From contig CAMDOH010000002.1 in assembly GCA_945903605.1 (NCBI GenBank), positions 16,523 to 80,522 on the forward strand: DNA of 64,000 bases, read 5' to 3'. Below the pieces are notes generated by a model. That model ran no database searches. It saw only the letters and a list, made by a program, of their open reading frames with translations, and had not been told where the DNA came from. Of the stretch, positions 57,846-64,000 are shown piece by piece. The translations under genes and the position numbers were made by a program. Position 1 is the first letter of the stretch, and every line of letters starts with the position of its first letter. The DNA is from Akkermansia muciniphila (GTDB lineage Bacteria > Verrucomicrobiota > Verrucomicrobiia > Limisphaerales > UBA1100).

Positions 57846-58706
57846 ATGGAAATTTGTTTCTATCATCGCGCACGATTTTTACGGGACAATAATTGCATGA
57901 TCGCAAAAGTTTTTTTGGCGCTGACATCCTGTGCACCTTGGTTAAAGCGCGCGGCGTGGCGATGGTGGTACCAGCGGCTCGCTGGCAATTATCGTGGTCA
58001 GGATTGGAAGTTCATGAACTACGGTTACGAGCCGGAATTGAAGTCGACATTGACGCTTTCGGCGGAAGATGAATCGGACAGATTGTTCATCCAGCTTTAT
58101 GCCAAAGCACTCGAAGGAGTCGATACACACGGGAAAACTCTGCTGGAAGTGGGCAGCGGTCGGGGTGGTGGCGCATCGTTTGTGGCGCGGTATCTGGCAC
58201 CGCAAGCTGTTACGGGAATGGATTATTCGGCCAATGCCGTGCAGCTTTCCGAGCGTCTGCACAAGGCGCCCAATCTGGTTTATCGCTGTGGAAGCGCGGA
58301 GGAGATTCCGTTTGGCGATGGGATATTCGACATCGTTTACAATGTGGAGTCGTCGCATTGCTACGGCGACACAGCGAAGTTCTTTTCTGAAGCGCACCGC
58401 GTCTTGAAGCCAGCGGGGTTTTTCTGCTGGGTGGATTTTCGCAGTCCAAAACTGATGGAGGAGGAGCATCAGCGCATGCGCAATGCGGGTTTTGAAATGG
58501 CCAGTGACGAAGAGATTACGCCGTGTGTGGTTCGAGCTTTGGATTTGATACACGGAAGAAAGATGGAAGTGATTTCACAAAAGGTACCGGGGTTTCTGCG
58601 CAATAGTTTTGCTCAATTCGCCGGCGTGCAGGGCAGTGAAATCTACGAGCTGTTGAAAAAGCGCGAGCTTGTTTATCACGCCACCCGGTGCCGCAAGCGC
58701 AGTTGA
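57846..58706 (+). CDS. class I SAM-dependent methyltransferase
   Basis: 286 aa; an alternative ATG lies at 57897. Motif I is LLEVGSGRGGGASFVA, followed by the post-I acidic residue (GMDYS) and motif II/III (FDIVYNVESSHCY...LKPAGFF). Confidence 0.8.
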   Translation: MEICFYHRARFLRDNNCMIAKVFLALTSCAPWLKRAAWRWWYQRLAGNYRGQDWKFMNYGYEPELKSTLTLSAEDESDRLFIQLYAKALEGVDTHGKTLLEVGSGRGGGASFVARYLAPQAVTGMDYSANAVQLSERLHKAPNLVYRCGSAEEIPFGDGIFDIVYNVESSHCYGDTAKFFSEAHRVLKPAGFFCWVDFRSPKLMEEEHQRMRNAGFEMASDEEITPCVVRALDLIHGRKMEVISQKVPGFLRNSFAQFAGVQGSEIYELLKKRELVYHATRCRKRS

Positions 58707-58924
58707 TTCTGTGCAGACTTCAATGTGAGTTCTGGTCGAAAGCGGGCAAGGTAACACGGTTTCTTTTAGCGGCACGGATAATTTTCATGGCCGTTCATTT
58801 TGTAAGAATGGCCAGCTGAAAATGCGTATTGTTAGTAGAGAGTCATGGATTCTCGCCTCGGAGTGGAAATGGATCATGGGCTGGTTGAGTCGAGATTCTC
58901 AGGCTCCTTCATACGGATTCAGCC

Positions 58925-60358
58925 ATGAAAACAAACTCAATTCTCAAAAGCGGATTCACACTTTCAGAGCTGCTGGTGGCGATCGCGATCATCGGCATCC
59001 TCGCTTCCATCTTGTTGCCGGTCATCAGCCGGGTGAAGCAGAAAGCCAACCAGATCAACTGCCTGAGCAACATGAAACAAATCGGCGTGGCCTACGCGAG
59101 CTATGCGCATGATCATGGAAAGGTGCTGCCCTTCACGCGCGCTGGATCTAATAACGGCTGGGTGGACGCAGTGCGCAGCTATGAAATCACCGATGATATT
59201 TTGAATTGTCCTTCCTGCAACCGGCAAAACAAAAACGCCTACGGCGATTTTCGAACGGCATGGCGGACGGGCGGGGGTGCTGCCGCCAACGCGGATACGT
59301 TCATTGCCGACAACAGTAAATCTTTGGACAAGGAATTGGCGAATTGGGCGCGATTGCCGGACTACTACAAATTTGTTGCAGGTGAAAACGGTCGGCATAA
59401 AACGGCTGATTTCACATTGGCCAAGAAGGCTTGTTTTGAAATGTACATTGGCGAGAGCTGCCCTGTTGCAATTCAGATGGGAAAGAAAGGGGGCAGCGCA
59501 GTATTGCTCTTGATGTGCGAAAATCTTGCGCCGTCGTCGTTCTCGCTCAAAATTACGGAGACTGGAAGCGGGCGCGCTTTGGGTGAATTGGACGGTGTCT
59601 TTATCGGAAACAAAATCCCCTGCAAAAAGGATTCACCTGTTGCTCGTCAAACGCCGCCGCAGTACGACGGCAAATGGGAATTATTCAACTGGAGCGGGCC
59701 ATTGGCTCAGGAGCTGGGTGGAAACGGGTCGATGCTGACCGAGCAAAATCCCATTCATAAAACTCCGTATGGCTTCAACGAGGCGCGGTTCCTGGCAAAG
59801 AAATCGCTGGCTTCGGGCACGACCTTTCCCAACCCACCGAGCGGAGGGGGTGCTGTGAATTATATTTTCATGCGGACGGTGATCACCGCCACTGAGAATC
59901 TGAAATTGAATCTCACGCTCTCGGGCGACGACGCTTATTCTGCGTTTGTGCTCAAGGGCGGTTGTTGCTCGGGTGGGCCGGGGTCGCCGTGTGATCCGGG
60001 CAAGCCGGCATCGAGCACTTATTCCATCAATGCTTGGGCGCAAAGCGAACACAGCTTGGGCCAAAGTGAATCTGGAAAATTCATGGAGATTCTCGAGCGT
60101 GGTCGTTCCGATGTGCCCGCATTCACCGAAGGGATTTGGACTGACATCATGCCGCGCTCATCAGATGTCGTGCCTCCCAATCTTCGCGGTAACAATGGGG
60201 GACTGGCTCGCGCTGTGATGAAAAGGCACGGGTATCAAGTCAACACCGTGTTTATGGATGGCAGCGCACGTGCGGTCGCTCTGGATGAATTGTGGAAGCA
60301 GCCGTGGCACTTGGAATGGAAAGCTCCCACCACGCAATGCAAGTTGCCCAACCGTTGA
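58925..60358 (+). CDS. large prepilin-type N-terminal cleavage/methylation protein with a C-terminal H-X9-DG motif
   Basis: 477 aa. The class-III signal is KSG|FTLSELLVAIAIIGILASILLP (Glu +5). It has the conserved SRVKQKANQINCLSNMKQIG segment and a C-terminal HGYQVNTVFMDGSA (H-X9-DG). About 300 aa of unassigned sequence lie between these elements. Confidence 0.8.
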   Translation: MKTNSILKSGFTLSELLVAIAIIGILASILLPVISRVKQKANQINCLSNMKQIGVAYASYAHDHGKVLPFTRAGSNNGWVDAVRSYEITDDILNCPSCNRQNKNAYGDFRTAWRTGGGAAANADTFIADNSKSLDKELANWARLPDYYKFVAGENGRHKTADFTLAKKACFEMYIGESCPVAIQMGKKGGSAVLLLMCENLAPSSFSLKITETGSGRALGELDGVFIGNKIPCKKDSPVARQTPPQYDGKWELFNWSGPLAQELGGNGSMLTEQNPIHKTPYGFNEARFLAKKSLASGTTFPNPPSGGGAVNYIFMRTVITATENLKLNLTLSGDDAYSAFVLKGGCCSGGPGSPCDPGKPASSTYSINAWAQSEHSLGQSESGKFMEILERGRSDVPAFTEGIWTDIMPRSSDVVPPNLRGNNGGLARAVMKRHGYQVNTVFMDGSARAVALDELWKQPWHLEWKAPTTQCKLPNR

Positions 60359-60378
60359 CGGGTTGAAGTGAACGCCGG

Positions 60379-61665
60379 TCAGGTGTGGCGCAACGCGTCG
60401 ATGGGGTCGAGATTTGCCGCGCGTCGTGCTGGATAAAGCCCGAAGACAATGCCAACGGCTGCTGAGATTCCGAATGCGATTGCCACGGACCAAAAAGTGA
60501 CGATCGTCTTCATGTCGGAAAATCTTTCGACGAGGAATGGCACACCTACGCCAAACGCCACACCGATTAATCCGCCACCGATTGAGAGCACGAGTGTCTC
60601 CACAAGAAATTGGGTGACGATGTCCTTCTTCTTCGCTCCGAGCGCGCGCCGGATTCCGATTTCGCGTGTTCGTTCTGTGACGGTCGCCAGCATGATGTTC
60701 ATGATGCCGATGCCGCCGACGAGTAGCGAGATGGCCGCAATGGAGCCGAGGACGAAATTAAAAATTCGTTTGGTACGTTCGGCTTGTCGGAGCAATTCGA
60801 TGGGCACGATGAATTCGTAGTCTTTGTCTTTGTGAAATCGGCTAAGGAGACTGTTCAATGGCGCGACGGCGGCCTCGACAGCGTCGGTGTCTTTGAATTG
60901 CAGGGTGACTTGATGCAGCTCCACTTTTTCGGCTTCGAAGCTGCCTGCGCCACGTTTCACGGTCGTATCTCCCCAACGACTGGCGGCAGTACCCAGCGGA
61001 ATGTAAATGTTGGAATCGAGCGGCTGGCCACTGGTCATGCCGGACTGTGGTCGTTTGTCTTCTGTGCCGCGTTCTTCGACGAGCCCGACGACTTTGTAAT
61101 ATCCGTCTCCCACTTTGACATGTTCGTCTAGCGGGTTTTGATACGGAAAGAGTGAGCTGGCCAAGGCCGCGGTGAGCACGCAGACATTTTGCCGGTAGAA
61201 ATCATCTGTCGGCGTCAGAAACCGGCCGTGGACAATTCGCGTGCCAGTAATGTCGGTGTAGTACGGGAGGGTGGCGACAACTTGGCAGGGAAACTTGATC
61301 GTGCCGAATCGAACTTCGTCGCGGATGAGGCGCATGGGCAATAGCCGCGAGAGCCCGGGGATCGAGGCTTTGATGCGTTCGGCGTCGAGGCGGGTGATGC
61401 CATAGTCAGCGACGAACGATCGGCGTGCACCGCCGCTGCTTGGGTCGCCTGCGGGTTTGATGCTCCGCACGATGACATTGTTGGGGCCCAGTTTCTTGAT
61501 GGCTTCCTGAGCTTCGTGTGACGCGCCTTCGCCAATGGCCAGCATCGCTATCACCGAACAGACTCCAAAGATGATGCCAAGCATCGTGAGGAATGATCGC
61601 AGCTTGTGAAGCATCAGGCTTTTGATGCCCAGATGAATCATTCGGATAAGTGAAAATCCAATCAT
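60379..61665 (-). CDS. ABC transporter permease, MacB/FtsX type
   Basis: 428 aa with the MacB_PCD-type topology: TM1 (LTMLGIIFGVCSVIAMLAIG), a large periplasmic domain, then the FtsX 3-TM bundle with ERTREIGIRRALGAKK.DI..QFL.E. Confidence 0.9.
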   Translation of the reverse strand: MIGFSLIRMIHLGIKSLMLHKLRSFLTMLGIIFGVCSVIAMLAIGEGASHEAQEAIKKLGPNNVIVRSIKPAGDPSSGGARRSFVADYGITRLDAERIKASIPGLSRLLPMRLIRDEVRFGTIKFPCQVVATLPYYTDITGTRIVHGRFLTPTDDFYRQNVCVLTAALASSLFPYQNPLDEHVKVGDGYYKVVGLVEERGTEDKRPQSGMTSGQPLDSNIYIPLGTAASRWGDTTVKRGAGSFEAEKVELHQVTLQFKDTDAVEAAVAPLNSLLSRFHKDKDYEFIVPIELLRQAERTKRIFNFVLGSIAAISLLVGGIGIMNIMLATVTERTREIGIRRALGAKKKDIVTQFLVETLVLSIGGGLIGVAFGVGVPFLVERFSDMKTIVTFWSVAIAFGISAAVGIVFGLYPARRAANLDPIDALRHT

Positions 61666-61671
61666 ACTCGA

Positions 61672-62388
61672 TCAGTTGGCGGCTATGGAACTGCGTCCGG
61701 GATTAATGGTGTCGCTCGCAATTTTCCCATCGTGCATTCGGATGACCCGCTGGGCGCGACTGGCAGTTTCTTCGCCGTGGGTGACCATGATGATGGTGGT
61801 GCCTTTGGCATTGAGGCGGTCGAACAAATCTAAGATTTCCTGACCGGTGTGCGAATCGAGGTTGCCGGTCGGCTCATCTGCCAGAATCATCAATGGCTCG
61901 TTGGCGAGCGAACGGGCAATAGCCACGCGCTGTTGTTGCCCGCCGGAAAGTTGTTTTGGACGATGTTCAATCCGGTCACCCAGTCCCACGAGGTGGGCAA
62001 GCTTCAAGCAGTGATCATAATGATCCTCCAGTGACTTGCCCTGATAGAAGAGTGGTATGTGGATATTCTCGATGACCGTGAGTTGCTCAATCAGATTGTA
62101 GGACTGGAAGACAAAGCCTATCTGTTTGCCGCGCGCGTTGGATAATTCGTCGTCGGGCATGTGCGCCACATCGAGTCCGCCAAGAAAATACTGGCCTTGA
62201 GTTGGGCGATCGAGGCAGCCGAGAATGTTCAGCATTGTGGACTTGCCCGAGCCGGACGCACCCATGATGGCCACGTAGCTGCCGGGTTGGATTTCAAGAT
62301 CCACTCCCGCAAGCGCCTTCACCTTGACCTCGCCGAGGTCGTAGATCTTGGTGATCCCCTTGATGCGGACGATAGCTTTGCCGCTCAT
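61672..62388 (-). CDS. ABC transporter ATP-binding protein (MacB/LolD type)
   Basis: 238 aa with Walker A (GASGSGKST), FVFQSYNL, the signature ([15 protein letters not shown]), Walker B ([11 protein letters not shown]) and the H-loop (VTH). Confidence 0.95.
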   Translation of the reverse strand: MSGKAIVRIKGITKIYDLGEVKVKALAGVDLEIQPGSYVAIMGASGSGKSTMLNILGCLDRPTQGQYFLGGLDVAHMPDDELSNARGKQIGFVFQSYNLIEQLTVIENIHIPLFYQGKSLEDHYDHCLKLAHLVGLGDRIEHRPKQLSGGQQQRVAIARSLANEPLMILADEPTGNLDSHTGQEILDLFDRLNAKGTTIIMVTHGEETASRAQRVIRMHDGKIASDTINPGRSSIAAN

Positions 62389-62392
62389 GCTG

Positions 62393-64000
62393 CTAGGTGC
62401 CGGGGCCCGATCCGCCGCTGCCTTTACGAGATTGATTGAGGAGGGATTGGTATTTTTCCAATTGTTCCGGTGTCAGAAATTGTTTGGCTTTGGTCTGGAA
62501 CGTATCAGAAGCCGCTCGCATTTTTTCTTGGCGATCTTCCTGACTCACATCCGGACTGGAGAAAATAGTCGCCATGGTTCCGCGCATTTCTTGCATCGCA
62601 ACATCCCATTTTTGTTTTTGCTCCGAAGTCAAATCCAGCGAGGCGGACAAGTCGCCACCGCCACCTTTTCCAGCCCAGCCTCCACTGCCACCTTTTTTGG
62701 GTGCACCCGTTCCTGTGATGGGAGTGCCGCTTTTCGGGACAGGTGGGATGGAGATGTTGGACGCGGCGTCATCGGGCAGTGCGCCGGTAAGATTCAAGTC
62801 TTCGCCCTTCTGCAAGGGTGCGAGCAGGACTTGGGAATTCTCATCGAGACCTTCCACAATCTCGATGTATTTGTCGTCGTAGTTGCCGACCTTGATTGCA
62901 ACCATCTTCGGAGCGCTGTGGCCATTCTTCACGAAGCAGACTTGTTTGCCGTTGACCGTGGTGACGGTTGAAATGGGCACCGTCACCACATTCGTCAGGC
63001 TGGCGAGGTAGATTTGTACTTTGGCAGAAACGCCCGGACGCAAGTCTTCCGGCAAAACGTCATTAATGGTGATCTCCGTCTTGTAAACTTTTCGGTTGGG
63101 CTGGAAGAAACGGCTCGAAGTATCCGGCAACGGCGCCACTTTTTTGACCATGCCTTTGAAAACTCTGTCGGGCAATGAATCGATCCGGATGGAAGCGGGC
63201 AGGCCGACGCGGACTTGGCGGACATGCGATTCGTGCACTTCCACTTCAACCATCATCTGGGTGATGTCTGGCAATTGGATGATTTCCTGACCTTGTCGGA
63301 GTTGTGCGCCCTTCTCAATGAGTGTTGAGCTGCGGCCCGATCCGCCTTGCGCCACGGCATAAACGACGATGCCATCCTGTGGGGCGACAATCTTCGATTT
63401 TTTGAGTTGCTGTTGCCAATCGGAGAGTTTTTCTCTCTGCAATTCGAGAGTCTTGATCTTGGTGATCACCAATGATTCTGAAACACGCATGCGTGACTTG
63501 GAAGTTTGCTTTGTTTCGATGAGCGCCAGTTCCGCCTTTTCGATGTCGGATTTGAGCCGGCGTTGCTCTTTCACATGTTCATATTTTTCCAGCACTCGGA
63601 GTGTCTCTTCGAAAAGTTTCAATGAGAGTTCATTTTCTTTGAGCGTGAGTCGGTCGGCTTCCAGTTCAGACTTTGTGGCGTAGCCTTTGGATTCCAGCCG
63701 CTCTGTCCAACTCATCTTATCCTTTGCGCGCGCAATCTTACTTTGAACGAGGGTGATGTCGCTCTGAGCCTTCAACACTTTGGTCGGAAAATCGCCCAGT
63801 ATGTACTGCTCTGAATTGAGTTTGGCTAATTCAACGAGCAACTCAGCCTGTCGGTCATTGAAATCGTTCGTGAGCTTGCGGATTTCCACGTCCTCTTTCG
63901 CCGAGTTCACATCGTTCTCGGTGGTTTGAATGGTCACTTCCTGAGTGAGCACTTTGTCCTTCAAATCGCCCGACTCCAACACGGCAAGGACATCGCCCTG
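62393..64000 (-). CDS. efflux transporter periplasmic adaptor (MacA/HlyD family), N-terminus outside the window
   Basis: The reading frame is open to the window end (..QGDVLAVLESGDLKD.. lipoyl-like hairpin start). It has long coiled-coil hairpin, beta-barrel and MP-like regions, then a Gly-rich linker and a helical tail of about 80 aa. It lies upstream of the ATPase and permease genes. Confidence 0.85.
   Translation of the reverse strand, partial: QGDVLAVLESGDLKDKVLTQEVTIQTTENDVNSAKEDVEIRKLTNDFNDRQAELLVELAKLNSEQYILGDFPTKVLKAQSDITLVQSKIARAKDKMSWTERLESKGYATKSELEADRLTLKENELSLKLFEETLRVLEKYEHVKEQRRLKSDIEKAELALIETKQTSKSRMRVSESLVITKIKTLELQREKLSDWQQQLKKSKIVAPQDGIVVYAVAQGGSGRSSTLIEKGAQLRQGQEIIQLPDITQMMVEVEVHESHVRQVRVGLPASIRIDSLPDRVFKGMVKKVAPLPDTSSRFFQPNRKVYKTEITINDVLPEDLRPGVSAKVQIYLASLTNVVTVPISTVTTVNGKQVCFVKNGHSAPKMVAIKVGNYDDKYIEIVEGLDENSQVLLAPLQKGEDLNLTGALPDDAASNISIPPVPKSGTPITGTGAPKKGGSGGWAGKGGGGDLSASLDLTSEQKQKWDVAMQEMRGTMATIFSSPDVSQEDRQEKMRAASDTFQTKAKQFLTPEQLEKYQSLLNQSRKGSGGSGPGT

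Overview
This is a gene-dense, moderately GC-rich 64-kb stretch of chromosomal core with about 60 CDS on both strands. It most likely comes from a PVC-superphylum bacterium (Verrucomicrobiota-like). That inference rests on two prepilin-type H-X9-DG proteins, a GldA/F/G-like ABC cluster with DUF4340, a PF12831-type secreted FAD oxidoreductase and a DUF2851 protein.

Content in order:
- dnaK 3' end, groES, groEL
- DegT-type sugar aminotransferase, XerC/D recombinase, purC
- a small polysaccharide module (epimerase, FkbM methyltransferase, flippase, GT2)
- priA, lytic transglycosylase, DUF374 acyltransferase, ruvA, ruvC
- FAD oxidoreductase, TlpA-like thiol-disulfide oxidoreductase
- glnB, glnA, dnaA with an AT-richer upstream spacer (possible oriC), a lone ABC ATPase, a class-I aminotransferase
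- clpX, clpP, rnc and a Zn-ribbon protein on one strand
- PQQ sugar dehydrogenase, pgpA, pgsA, rimO
- a pentapeptide-repeat / K+-channel-pore fusion plus an HDOD protein
- a complete F1Fo ATP synthase operon (atpBEFHAGDC)
- DUF4340 / GldG / ABC-2 permease / ABC ATPase
- DUF2851, an MFS transporter, two H-X9-DG pseudopilins
- a five-gene cluster of mostly exported uncharacterised proteins (DUF4139, lipoprotein, NAD epimerase-like, DUF1028, secreted protein)
- SDR, a tandem HtrA-like pair, a SAM methyltransferase
- a MacAB-like tripartite ABC exporter, whose adaptor gene is cut by the window end

By eye I could not support any rRNA, tRNA, CRISPR array, IS/transposase, prophage, or recognisable defence or toxin-antitoxin system. 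I do not see a convincing complete novel system.

The best leads are:
1. An active HtrA-like protease followed by a catalytically dead paralog with its PDZ domain nested inside the protease fold.
2. A pentapeptide-repeat K+-channel-like protein with a roughly 125-aa insert in the turret loop, apparently in an operon with an HDOD protein.
3. The exported DUF4139 / lipoprotein / DUF1028 cluster.

All calls come from reading the supplied translations and DNA. No database search, HMM or folding program was run.
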